Virus record (IMG/VR): IMGVR_UViG_3300042970_000025
Direction: 5' to 3' (one strand)
Length of the DNA: 64,000 nt
Source: a virus
Lineage: Duplodnaviria; Caudoviricetes
Under the pieces are notes generated by a model. That model saw nothing but the letters and a program-made list of their open reading frames with translations. It ran no database searches and was not told the DNA's origin. The position numbers and the translations under genes are program-made. Positions 45,635 to 54,525 of the stretch are shown here, piece by piece. Within the stretch, counting starts at the first letter, position 1. Each line of letters opens with the position of its first letter.

Positions 45635-47206
45635 TCAAATCCTTTCCGTTAAATCGAGTCCGCATTTTAGTTCGAACGTAAGTTCATTTCTAGACTTTAC
45701 TATGATTTTGCTTACAAACTTTTCAAAAAGCTCTTCGTCGAAATCATCCAGCATGACACCTTTTTCGGTGAAGCGCAGGAGCGCAAAGGCAGAGGATGCT
45801 ATAGCGGCTTTACTGCTTGCCGAATGGGAAAGCGTTTCTTTTTCCTTCCGGAGCGCTCCAGCTTCCTTTCTAAGGGCATTTGTTTCCTTTAGGCAGATCG
45901 CCTGACTGATGATGCCATCTGCCAATAGTTTTGTCAGGGTTTCCCGCTTTTCTGTGTTTTGCGCAAGATCGGTTTCGATCTGCTGGATTCTTCGGAGAGC
46001 GTCGTCTCTAGAGGAACTTCGGAGCGCCGCCGCATAAGGGCGGAGAATGGTTCTCCTGGAGAAAACGAGTTTGTTCAGCATCGTGACAAAGGCGTATTGA
46101 ATCGCATCGTCCCGGATAAACTTCATGCTGCATTGCTTTTTATCTGTGATGTGAGTCTGGCAGCTCCAGACCGCGTAACGGTTTAGACTGCTGGAGCAGA
46201 TCCTTCTTCGAAACACGCTGCCGCACTCTCCGCAGATAATTTTTCCGGAAAAAGGGTAGCGCTTCTGGTATTTACGGCCTTGCCTTTGGATTCCTTTTTC
46301 TTCTGCATGCTGCTGAATCAGTCTTTGCGCAGCATCAAACTCTTCATGGCTGATGATCGCCTCGTGGTGGTTATGGCAGAGGTACATCGTCTGTTCTCCA
46401 TGATTGTGGTGCCGGTTAAACTGCGAATCGGTCCAGGTCTTTTGAAACAGGCAGTCACCGGTGTATTTTTCATTTGTGAGCATTCCTCTAATGGTACTTT
46501 CCGACCATTTGCCGCCACGTCTACTTGGGATCTTCTTTTCATTCAGATCCTTTGCGATGGCGGTCATTCCTTTCCCTGAAAGAAGAGAAGTGAAGATCCC
46601 TTTTACAATTTCCGCCTGTGCAGGATTCACAGACATCTTTCCATCTTTCCAGTCGTAGCCGTAGGGCACGCTGCCTGCCTTAAAGGTGCCGCTTTCAAAC
46701 CGCTTTTGAATGGACCATTTGCTGTTCTGAGAAATGGATGAGGACTCATCCTGGGCCATACTCGAGAGAAGGGAAAGAAGCAGCTCGCTTTCCATAGTTC
46801 CGGTGTCGATGTTTTCTTTTTCAAACCAGATCGGAATATGCAGAGACAAAAGTTCACGTACAAGCTGAAGACAGTCTGCCGTATTCCTTGAGAAACGGCT
46901 GATTGACTTGGTGATCACGAAGTCGATTTTTCCTTTTCTGCAGTCTTGCATTAAACGCATCAATTCCGGGCGCTTGTCTTTCTTTGTCCCGCTGATGCCT
47001 TCGTCAAAGTAAAGCCCTGCAAACACAAGATCAGGTCTTGCTGCGATGTAGCTTTCGTAGTGTTGTTTCTGGGTTTCTAAGCTTTCCAGCTGCGCGTCCA
47101 TATCGGTGGATACGCGGCAGTAGGCTGCCGTCCGAAGTTTCTCTGGCTTTGCTCTTGTTTCTTCTATTTTCGTTACTTTCTTCAATGCTTTTTCCTCCTT
47201 TTTCAT
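45635..47206 (-). CDS. Large serine recombinase
   Basis: [23 protein letters not shown]; true start may be TTG at 47185. Confidence 0.95.
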   Translation of the reverse strand: MKKEEKALKKVTKIEETRAKPEKLRTAAYCRVSTDMDAQLESLETQKQHYESYIAARPDLVFAGLYFDEGISGTKKDKRPELMRLMQDCRKGKIDFVITKSISRFSRNTADCLQLVRELLSLHIPIWFEKENIDTGTMESELLLSLLSSMAQDESSSISQNSKWSIQKRFESGTFKAGSVPYGYDWKDGKMSVNPAQAEIVKGIFTSLLSGKGMTAIAKDLNEKKIPSRRGGKWSESTIRGMLTNEKYTGDCLFQKTWTDSQFNRHHNHGEQTMYLCHNHHEAIISHEEFDAAQRLIQQHAEEKGIQRQGRKYQKRYPFSGKIICGECGSVFRRRICSSSLNRYAVWSCQTHITDKKQCSMKFIRDDAIQYAFVTMLNKLVFSRRTILRPYAAALRSSSRDDALRRIQQIETDLAQNTEKRETLTKLLADGIISQAICLKETNALRKEAGALRKEKETLSHSASSKAAIASSAFALLRFTEKGVMLDDFDEELFEKFVSKIIVKSRNELTFELKCGLDLTERI

Positions 47207-47236
47207 GTCTATTCATCACTCTAAGTAAGGAATCTA

Positions 47237-47422
47237 TCAAGAGTTTTCTGGATCGATTTCCGAGAAAAGAGGAGGAAAGGTCTTAAAGTTGATGTCCGAG
47301 AGCCGGTTGAATTCTTCCTTGCTGATCAAGCCGGAATCAAGAAGAAGCTCTGCAATTTTCTGCGCCCTCCGGGAATCTAGTTCTGCCTGCAGTTTTTCTT
47401 TCGTATAGTATGTGTTGTTCAT
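47237..47422 (-). CDS. SHOCT-like small protein preceding the recombinases
   Basis: LLDSGLISKEEFNRL. Confidence 0.7.
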   Translation of the reverse strand: MNNTYYTKEKLQAELDSRRAQKIAELLLDSGLISKEEFNRLSDINFKTFPPLFSEIDPENS

Positions 47423-47447
47423 TTTGGAAAGCCTCCTTACAGGTCTT

Positions 47448-47475
47448 CCGTCAAAAGAAAATCAGAAGTCCGTAC
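47448..47475 (-). promoter_or_regulatory. Putative alternative-sigma promoter, copy 2 (GTACGG-N16-TGACGG), embedded in the pol terminator hairpin
   Basis: Matches the copies at 21308 and 52614. Confidence 0.6.
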
Positions 47476-47493
47476 TCTGGACTTCCGATTTCT

Positions 47494-50376
47494 TTAGTCT
47501 TTTTTGTAGAACGAACATTCGTACCCATCAGCCCGAAGAAGAAGCCCTGGCGCCCAGGGAGGCGTTCGTCCCATGAGATCACAGATCTCCTGAAGCTCGG
47601 TCTCAAGAGGGCACTCGATAATCAGCTCATCGTGGACGTGGGCGACAATAGAGCAGTCTGAGAGATTGTGCATGGCATAGCAGAGGATGTCTCTTGCGAT
47701 GGCCTGGATGATGTTCTCCACGAACTTTGGCCCGTAGGACTCAATCCGCTCCCACTTTTTCGAAGGGCCTATTCCCATGTAAGTAACCGATTCCTCTCCG
47801 AAGCGGTTTTCTCCAATCTGGGGCTTTACGTAAGACAGTCTCCGGCCAGATGGCAGGGTGATAAACAGCATCTGGCTTTGGCATTTGATCGTCAGGCCAT
47901 GCGTTTTCGTGACTATCTTCTTCTTTACCGCTGTTTTTACCGCCCGGTCCACATCCCACCAGAGCCGCACGATGTGGGGATTGGCTTTTCTCCACATGTC
48001 GACGATGGGTTTAAGCTCAGATTCCTTAAGGCCCATCTCGAGAGCGCCCATAGCCTTTAGAGCTCCTACAGAACCTCCGTATCCGCAGTTATGAACTAAT
48101 TTCCCCGATACGGTAAAACGGTGATATTCTCCGGCATTTCGTATGTCATAAACTCTAACCTTGCCTCGATGAGCCGCCAATTTTTTCTCTTTTCTTTGAC
48201 AGCCTGCTCTGCACTTTCTATAATCCCCGTACGGTCCATTCCCTGGCTTAGCTTCTTGATTACAACACTTCTGGCATAAGGCCAATATTTCTGATGGAAT
48301 TCGCTTAAGACGGTATTCCTTCGATTTGCCTGGTTCTGCCTGCGAGTTGCGAAGCGGATGTTTCCAGGGGCATAATTTCCATTGTTGTTGATCCGGTCGA
48401 TTTCCATTTCCCGGCTTGGAAGACCGAAAGTACGAATGAGATAAAGCCCGGCTTCGGTTACTGATGGAAATTCGAACTTTATGCCTCGTCCTCCATAGTT
48501 TGGATAGTTGCGGTCCTTTGGATTTGTGCATCGTTGTTTTGCAGCGGTAAGACGTCTGTCCAGCCATACCGGGATTTTCCTCGGTTGGGAGCAATGCTGA
48601 CAGCCCCTGGATTTTCTTCTTCTTAGACTTCCAAGGTCTGTCCATTGGATTCTTCCGCAGCCGGTGCATTGGGTTAGAACATAACACCGGTTCCAACTCT
48701 CGCTCCAGCGCTTTTGGGGACTGATAATCTTCACCCAGCCGTACTGCCTGCCTACTATCTCCTGCCTGTATGAGATGTGCGCCGCTTCTGGCGGCTTCTT
48801 CAAAGTGTACTGGCTGACATTTCCCTTCGATGAAAACGAGGTGATCTGGTGTTGCGGTAAGTCCTTCATAAGTGATTACCTCCTTTCTTCCTCTGTAGAC
48901 TACTCCGTCATGCTTTACCCAGGACTTCCCGTCCCAGAGAAGATCACTCCTTGTTACAGATTCTATCGGCTTTAAGCCGTGGTTTGTAAGTACAGGCTGG
49001 CCTTCCGCGATGCAGGCGAGCACTGCGATTTTCCCTTTCTGGCGGAGCTCCCCGTTGATGCCGTGCTTGACCACGGGAACGCCAAACATGGCAGAAGCCG
49101 TGGAGCAGTAGATATCTTCACCCTTCGCAAAAGCATCCATCGTGTGGGTTTCTCCCGCCAGCCAGGCGAGAACTCTAGCTTCAATGGAGGAGAAGTCGGA
49201 AACGATGAACTTGCATCCCTCCCGCGGGATAAAGGCGGTCCGGATCAGCTGGCTTAAGGTATCCGGGATGTCATCATAAAGTAACTGAAGAGCTTCATAG
49301 TCACTAGATTTTACCAGAGCTCTTGCTTCTCCTAAATCCGGCATGGTATTTCTTGGAAGGTTCTGAAGCTGAATCAGGCGCCCTGAGAATCTTCCGCTTC
49401 GGTTGGCGCCGTAGAACTGAAACATCCCTCTGGCCCGTCCATCCTTACAGGCTGCGTTTTCCATTGCCTGGTATTTGCGCACAGAGGATTTCGCTAATTT
49501 CTGGCGTAGCTTCAGGACTTCCTGAATGCTGGGCGGCGCTGTTTTAATCAGTTCTGCAACCGCTTTCTTTCCAAGGGTCTCTGTTTCGATGCCGCGCTCC
49601 TTCAGCCAGCTTTTCATTTGCATCACGCTGTTTGGATTTTCCAAGCCGGTCAGGTCCCTTAGTTTATCTGTCAGTTGCTGTTTGGACTGTTCATCAATTG
49701 TAATGGCGGACCGAACAAGCGTCTTATCAATCCTAATTCCTCTGTCGTTGATCTTCTGATCGAGCTTGTATTCTTCCCAGACGAAATCCGGGACAGGGTA
49801 GTGGGAGAGTTTCCTTTGGATAGACATTTCGACCTCCACATCCCGCTTGTTGTAGAATTTAAAGAGATTCCACTTTTCTATTGCGTCAGATGGGAGGTTC
49901 CGCGTTTTACCTCCGTTTGCCTTCGTTGGCCTGCAGGGGATGCAGAAATAGCGGATTAAGTTTTTACCCTCTGTCAGCTTCTGCTCCTTAAGGCCAAGAG
50001 CCTCACCAGATTCTTTTAGAGATAACGGAAGCCCAAGGTAGGCAGACCAGATCATGGAGCAGCGCCAGTTCTTAGGACTTAGATACTTTGCAGAGAGCCG
50101 CTCGGGATAGCAGCGGTGAAGATACGTAGACAAGCAGACGCGTTCAAAGTTAGCGTTAAAGGCCCATTTAGAAATTTCATCGTCTGTCAGGGCGTCTAAG
50201 ATGCCTCTTGGAAGCCTTTCTTTTGCCGCAAGGTCTACAACCTGAACCGGGCCATCGTCCAGCGCGTAACCAAAGAGCAGAATCTCAAAATCAGGAGCCT
50301 CTGCATATCGGTACACGCCGGATTTGTTCAGGTTGATGCTGGAATAGGTTTCAATATCGATGTGAAGTGTTTTCAT
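47494..50376 (-). CDS. Family A DNA polymerase with 3'-5' exonuclease domain, interrupted by an intein
   Basis: DIET Exo I; DFSSIEAR motif A; RQKGKIAVLA/CGYGG motif B; HVHDE motif C. Confidence 0.95.
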   Translation of the reverse strand: MKTLHIDIETYSSINLNKSGVYRYAEAPDFEILLFGYALDDGPVQVVDLAAKERLPRGILDALTDDEISKWAFNANFERVCLSTYLHRCYPERLSAKYLSPKNWRCSMIWSAYLGLPLSLKESGEALGLKEQKLTEGKNLIRYFCIPCRPTKANGGKTRNLPSDAIEKWNLFKFYNKRDVEVEMSIQRKLSHYPVPDFVWEEYKLDQKINDRGIRIDKTLVRSAITIDEQSKQQLTDKLRDLTGLENPNSVMQMKSWLKERGIETETLGKKAVAELIKTAPPSIQEVLKLRQKLAKSSVRKYQAMENAACKDGRARGMFQFYGANRSGRFSGRLIQLQNLPRNTMPDLGEARALVKSSDYEALQLLYDDIPDTLSQLIRTAFIPREGCKFIVSDFSSIEARVLAWLAGETHTMDAFAKGEDIYCSTASAMFGVPVVKHGINGELRQKGKIAVLACIAEGQPVLTNHGLKPIESVTRSDLLWDGKSWVKHDGVVYRGRKEVITYEGLTATPDHLVFIEGKCQPVHFEEAARSGAHLIQAGDSRQAVRLGEDYQSPKALERELEPVLCSNPMHRLRKNPMDRPWKSKKKKIQGLSALLPTEENPGMAGQTSYRCKTTMHKSKGPQLSKLWRTRHKVRISISNRSRALSHSYFRSSKPGNGNRPDQQQWKLCPWKHPLRNSQAEPGKSKEYRLKRIPSEILALCQKCCNQEAKPGNGPYGDYRKCRAGCQRKEKKLAAHRGKVRVYDIRNAGEYHRFTVSGKLVHNCGYGGSVGALKAMGALEMGLKESELKPIVDMWRKANPHIVRLWWDVDRAVKTAVKKKIVTKTHGLTIKCQSQMLFITLPSGRRLSYVKPQIGENRFGEESVTYMGIGPSKKWERIESYGPKFVENIIQAIARDILCYAMHNLSDCSIVAHVHDELIIECPLETELQEICDLMGRTPPWAPGLLLRADGYECSFYKKD
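48088..49014 (-). mobile_element. Class 1 intein (309 aa) in polymerase motif B
   Basis: Block A CIAEGQPVLT, block B TATPDH, block F VYDI, block G LVHN followed by extein Cys. Confidence 0.93.
48096..48869 (-). CDS. HNH-type homing endonuclease nested in the +1 frame of the intein
   Basis: CTGCG/GCQHC zinc motif; KQRCTNP...YGGRGI; IDRINNNGNYAPGNIRFAT...QANRR; SD AAAGGAGGT 8 nt before the ATG. Confidence 0.85.
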   Translation of the reverse strand: MKDLPQHQITSFSSKGNVSQYTLKKPPEAAHISYRQEIVGRQYGWVKIISPQKRWSESWNRCYVLTQCTGCGRIQWTDLGSLRRRKSRGCQHCSQPRKIPVWLDRRLTAAKQRCTNPKDRNYPNYGGRGIKFEFPSVTEAGLYLIRTFGLPSREMEIDRINNNGNYAPGNIRFATRRQNQANRRNTVLSEFHQKYWPYARSVVIKKLSQGMDRTGIIESAEQAVKEKRKNWRLIEARLEFMTYEMPENITVLPYRGN

Positions 50377-50432
50377 GTTTTCTCACCTCAGGGTAAAAGG
50401 CGGCAAGAATATCTCACCGCCCACAAGTAGTC

Positions 50433-50594
50433 TTATGCGTCACGTTCTTTCTGCCGAAGCGCTCTTCTTGCTTCCTTTCTTTTGTCCTCCCGGATAGAGT
50501 CAAGCAGAAGCTTTATTCCAAGACACGCCCAGGAGAGAAGAAGGAGGCTGAAGCTAAAAACAAGCATCAGGCAGAGAAATGAGGATAGATTCAT
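50433..50594 (-). CDS. Small membrane protein (53 aa, missed by the ORF track)
   Basis: AAGGAGG RBS; MNLSSFLCLMLVFSFSLLLLSWACLGIKLLLDSIREDKRK... Confidence 0.65.
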   Translation of the reverse strand: MNLSSFLCLMLVFSFSLLLLSWACLGIKLLLDSIREDKRKEARRALRQKERDA

Positions 50595-50606
50595 TGCAAG
50601 CCTCCT

Positions 50607-51152
50607 TTACGCCAGAAAATCATCTTCCGAACTTTCCAGGGCAGTGAAGTCATCAGCCGCGTTGCTATGACCGCCAAGGGGCTCGCCGTCACGGACTTTC
50701 TGGATATTTCCAAGCCCGCAGGCCACGCCCTTGTTTCCGTTGGTGTTAAAGGCGTAGAAGTTGATGGAGACTCTGGCGTAAACGCCGCTGTAGACTTCGG
50801 AGCGGTCCAGGATCGGCTGAACTCTACCGTCTACGATCTGAGGCGGCGTCATGCTGTTGGCATTGATAAAATAGCATCCCGCGTATGCCGGATCATCCTT
50901 TTCCGTGTCGCCATCCCGAAGAGGAAGCTTCAGCGCTGCCTTATTTGGCTTTTTTCCTCCGAACTTCCCGATGCCTTCTTCAATCGCGGCATCGACTGCC
51001 TTGTTGATTTTCTCGATGGTTTCCTTATCTTCTTTAGAGATGATCAGGGATGTGCTGTATTTTTCCTTTCCTCCGTTGATGGATTTTGGCTCCCACACGT
51101 TGGCGTAGGAGAGTCTTACGGTACCGGTTACGACTTTTGTTCTGTTCTTCAT
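50607..51152 (-). CDS. DUF2815-family ssDNA-binding protein (T7 gp2.5-like)
   Basis: RLSYANVWEP, LPLRDGD, YSGVYARVS, GLGNIQK, acidic tail DDFLA. Confidence 0.9.
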   Translation of the reverse strand: MKNRTKVVTGTVRLSYANVWEPKSINGGKEKYSTSLIISKEDKETIEKINKAVDAAIEEGIGKFGGKKPNKAALKLPLRDGDTEKDDPAYAGCYFINANSMTPPQIVDGRVQPILDRSEVYSGVYARVSINFYAFNTNGNKGVACGLGNIQKVRDGEPLGGHSNAADDFTALESSEDDFLA

Positions 51153-52300
51153 TTTTCTTCCTCCAATGTTTTAAATTCTTCTTTTGCATTTTCGATGTTT
51201 ACTTCTGGCCGTTTGTCTGTGCTTGGCACCAGCGTCAGCTTCCCAGGAGGTTTTACAACCAGGCTGCCTAAGACATTTTGAAAGGTTTTCTTTCCCATCA
51301 GCTTTTCCATTTCGGTGATGGAAATCAGCTTACGGATGTAGATATCGTGAAAGCCGGCTTTTTCCGCGGCCTTAATGACAGCGCTTTCGTCCTTGTATTT
51401 CCGATTGCTTCTTCCATGAACGAGCTTCCAGTTTTTCCATTTCTTTCCGTGATGGATCGCCATGTTTGATGCGTACGAGCTTATGTCATTTGCCCATTTT
51501 GTGAGCCTGGGAAGAAGGGGCAGGAGCTCTTCGATTTCCTCATCTGTGAGCTTAGGCGGGAGGGCAAATTCCTTCCGGGCAAGGGATAAATTGGCTTCTG
51601 CTCTTGCCCGGCATTTGACCGCGGCCTTGCAGAAAAGACACCAGTCGCCGCAGCAGAAATCTCCATTTCCTTCATTGGCAAGTTTCGCTTTTGGCTTGAG
51701 AACATCGATAGCCCATTTCTTGAGCTCCTTTACCGATTCCGTCCAGGTGCTGATATTCTCCCGCCTTGGCTGAAAGATTGTCATGGAGACTTCCTCAAAG
51801 TCGTAGAGATGTTCATAGAGATCTAATGCGCCAAGGGCATACAGCTTCATCTGCGGATTTTCCTCAGCTTTAACGACAATTCCCTGACCGTACTTGAAAT
51901 CGATGACGTGGAGCCTGCTGTCTGACACGATGATGCAGTCCGAGGTGCCAAAGGATCCAGGCACGTATCTTGTCAGATCTAATTTTGTCTCCACATAGAC
52001 CTTCGCGTCCGGGCAGGTCTGTTTCTCTTTCTCCCATTGCTCCAAAATGTAGTCCCGGTAGTCATCGGTGAAGCCCTCCATCTCGTCTGAATCAAAGCTT
52101 GATATTGGTCTGCGGCTTCGCATCTTTAAAGCCTTCTTCAGCTTGTGCTCGGCCAGCGCGTGAGCCGCGGTTCCTTCTGCGGCAGCAGGCGTTTCCTTAT
52201 CCGCAAAATCAAGTTCAAACCTCGGCGCTCTGGTGCAGTGAAGCCATCTTTCCGCGCTGGAAGGAGAGAGGATGGCGTGATTTCTAGCTGGCACTTCCAA
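51149..52300 (-). CDS. DUF2800 Cas4-like PD-(D/E)XK nuclease
   Basis: HAILSPSS..RW..C, GTAAH, FGTSD, IDFKYG, QMKLYALG, C..C...C. Confidence 0.9.
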   Translation of the reverse strand: MEVPARNHAILSPSSAERWLHCTRAPRFELDFADKETPAAAEGTAAHALAEHKLKKALKMRSRRPISSFDSDEMEGFTDDYRDYILEQWEKEKQTCPDAKVYVETKLDLTRYVPGSFGTSDCIIVSDSRLHVIDFKYGQGIVVKAEENPQMKLYALGALDLYEHLYDFEEVSMTIFQPRRENISTWTESVKELKKWAIDVLKPKAKLANEGNGDFCCGDWCLFCKAAVKCRARAEANLSLARKEFALPPKLTDEEIEELLPLLPRLTKWANDISSYASNMAIHHGKKWKNWKLVHGRSNRKYKDESAVIKAAEKAGFHDIYIRKLISITEMEKLMGKKTFQNVLGSLVVKPPGKLTLVPSTDKRPEVNIENAKEEFKTLEEEK

Positions 52301-52571
52301 ACACCTCCGCTTCTTTCAGCATCTCGCTGTAATGCGAGGGATCAATGGCTGAGAGCTTGTCCGCGCCGTATTTCTTGATGAGTGCGCGGACCTTGTCGCC
52401 ATAGCCTTCTCTGGACTTTGCTGCAAGTACTGCCCGGATGTCGGAAAGCTGAATCGGATCTTCCTGTTTAGCTGTTTCTTCCATCGGCGCATTCACGATC
52501 CGCTCTAAGTCATCTGCAGCTTCCCGGATGTGTTTAATCAGGCTGCTTAAATCGTCTCTTCGGATAATCAT
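52284..52571 (-). CDS. Conserved small replication-module protein
   Basis: IRAVLAAKSR.G....VRALIKKYGA.KLS.IDP..Y pattern. Confidence 0.75.
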   Translation of the reverse strand: MIIRRDDLSSLIKHIREAADDLERIVNAPMEETAKQEDPIQLSDIRAVLAAKSREGYGDKVRALIKKYGADKLSAIDPSHYSEMLKEAEVFGSAS

Positions 52572-52613
52572 AGCTTCTCCTTTCCTGAGTGTTTGTTTTA
52601 CCTTACATATCCT

Positions 52614-52641
52614 CCGTCAAAGGAAAACCCGAAATCCGTAC
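52614..52641 (-). promoter_or_regulatory. Putative alternative-sigma promoter, copy 3 (GTACGG-N16-TGACGG)
   Basis: Upstream of the polymerase operon. Confidence 0.65.
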
Positions 52642-52684
52642 CCGTAAGAAGAAAAAAGTTTGATCAAAAAAGGCAAACCGTGCC

Positions 52685-52890
52685 TGTTCCGGTGATCCAG
52701 TATTCCAGTGAATTCTCTATATACCGTATATATGTATATATGTGTCTATATAGGTATATATCTATATTTTTATTTTTAATAGAAAATAGTGGAACAGTGG
52801 AATAGAGCAGCCGGGAAGCATTGAAAACACTGAGAGGAAAGTCGATCCAGAAAAGCTGATCCAGTGTTGTAATCACTGGAACTGGAATGC
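52685..52890. repeat. Third copy of the candidate origin sequence
   Basis: TA-rich tract, TTTTAATAGAAAATAGTGGAACAGTGGA and GATCCA/TGGAAC repeats as at 17550-18250. Confidence 0.75.
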
Positions 52891-53043
52891 GTGAAGGTAA
52901 TCCAGTTGGGGGACGGAGAGCAAGGACGGAACAGGGGTGATTTTTGGGTGTTGAATAAATTGACTCGGCAAGGTGTCATCGCTAAAATGAAATCAGGTAA
53001 GGATTTACCGCTTTGAAAAAAGACCTAAAGCAGCGGGAGGCTG

Positions 53044-53259
53044 ATGGCAGTGATTAGAGAAAGCGATGTTTATCCTAAGATTTGTCCGATTTGCGGAAAG
53101 AGTGTGATTGAAGAAGAGGATGATATTTGTCCGGTCTGTTATTGGCAAAGCGACCCGGTGCAGGAGGACGACCCGACCTATGCAGGCGGCGCTAATAATT
53201 TAAGCTTGAACCAGTACAGAGAAGAGTATCGGAAGAAATCCGTAACCTTTAATAAATGA
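53044..53259 (+). CDS. CPCC-family cysteine-rich protein
   Basis: CPICG...DICPVCYWQSD...GGAN.LSL; promoter TTGACT-N17-TAAAAT at 52960-52988. Confidence 0.8.
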   Translation: MAVIRESDVYPKICPICGKSVIEEEDDICPVCYWQSDPVQEDDPTYAGGANNLSLNQYREEYRKKSVTFNK

Positions 53260-53293
53260 GGAGTAGCAAGACTCAGAGAGAAAGGAAAAGAAT

Positions 53294-53620
53294 ATGATCA
53301 ATTTTTCTGATATGGTGTTGTGTGACATCAGCAGTAAAAAAGTGGATGTTCACATCCGGGTTTCCGGCGATGATGAAGGTCTGCATTTCAGTGGCTATGA
53401 GATTGGCCCTGTTGTGGACGATTCCTGGGGAGATGACGATTATGAATATTGGTATAATCTGGATGCCGAGAATGCAGAGAAACTGCTGGAACTGATTGAA
53501 GGAACGGATGATCCGAAGGCGGCGCTTGTGCGTGAATTCAGCGGTACGGATGGACTGAGGAAAATGACAGATCTCTGTAATCAGAACAATATCGAGTACA
53601 GTTTCCATTCGTATGTCTGA
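53294..53620 (+). CDS. Acidic hypothetical protein
   Basis: ORF with RBS, same orientation as the CPCC gene. Confidence 0.65.
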   Translation: MINFSDMVLCDISSKKVDVHIRVSGDDEGLHFSGYEIGPVVDDSWGDDDYEYWYNLDAENAEKLLELIEGTDDPKAALVREFSGTDGLRKMTDLCNQNNIEYSFHSYV

Positions 53621-53873
53621 TTGCCTGAGAGAATTTTTTAGAATATGGAGTACTTTCGTTTATCCATTCTCGCGATGAACATGGATAGTTTGCAAAGGCG
53701 ATAAAGGCGATCTTTATCTTTGGTCGTATAATGGCTCAATTAATAAAGCTCATTAAGCACACAGAATCCTACAGGTATCGTTCGTAGAATTTTAGGAGCG
53801 CTTAATGAGCAGGTGATAAATAATTTATTTTGTAAGTATTATTATAACCATTATATGGTTTTATAGCGAGATA

Positions 53874-54404
53874 TTATTCGGCTTTCTCCGGAGCCATCTG
53901 TTTCATGGACTCTTCCATTTGCTCAGATAACTGATCCATAGTCTGTTTTTTTAATTCATCCGATATGCCAGGGATCGTATCGAGATATTGTCCAATATAA
54001 ACTTTGTAAACTCTCATACCCTGATGATTGTAAACTTCATAAAGCTTTTTGAACCATTTATCGTATACTTCGTACTCATCGCCCTTTGAGGCCATGTGAG
54101 CCGCGAGTTTTTCTCCTCCTTCAACCTGTACATCTGCGATTGTCTGAACTTGATCATTCGCTATAGTTGCCAGGTCGTTAATGTCGCTTTTTCCAGCTGC
54201 CTTTTTTTGATATTCTTTTACGGCATTGGTTCCAGCCTTTTTGATTTTTGAACTGTACTCACTATAGATAGTTTGGTACGAAACTTTAGGTTTTTTTGTA
54301 CTTGAAGAACTGCCACTATCAGAACTGTCCGATCCACACGCTGTGAACGCAAAAGCGATCACTGTGATTAGAGCGAATACTGCAATCCTTTTGATTACTT
54401 TCAT
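53874..54404 (-). CDS. Lipoprotein
   Basis: Signal peptide with lipobox FTAC and a Ser-rich linker. Confidence 0.8.
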   Translation of the reverse strand: MKVIKRIAVFALITVIAFAFTACGSDSSDSGSSSSTKKPKVSYQTIYSEYSSKIKKAGTNAVKEYQKKAAGKSDINDLATIANDQVQTIADVQVEGGEKLAAHMASKGDEYEVYDKWFKKLYEVYNHQGMRVYKVYIGQYLDTIPGISDELKKQTMDQLSEQMEESMKQMAPEKAE

Positions 54405-54525
54405 TTTTCCTTACCTCATTCGCATTGCTATTCAGCAGAAATCAACGTAGCTTCGTGATAAATTTGTTTTGAGAATTTTCACATTATCGAATAGTTTATA
54501 AATTAATGGTTACATTATCTATCCG

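Noticed and set aside
48088-49014. Group I intron, or simple sequencing frameshift, as the explanation for the HNH in pol
   Set aside because: The pol frame is open across the insertion with complete intein blocks at both ends, and the HNH frame has its own SD and stop, so RNA splicing is not needed; a double indel error is unlikely but should be checked in reads
51149-52300. Cas4-like gene as evidence of a CRISPR-Cas system
   Set aside because: DUF2800 is a routine member of this phage replication module; no other cas genes or array are present
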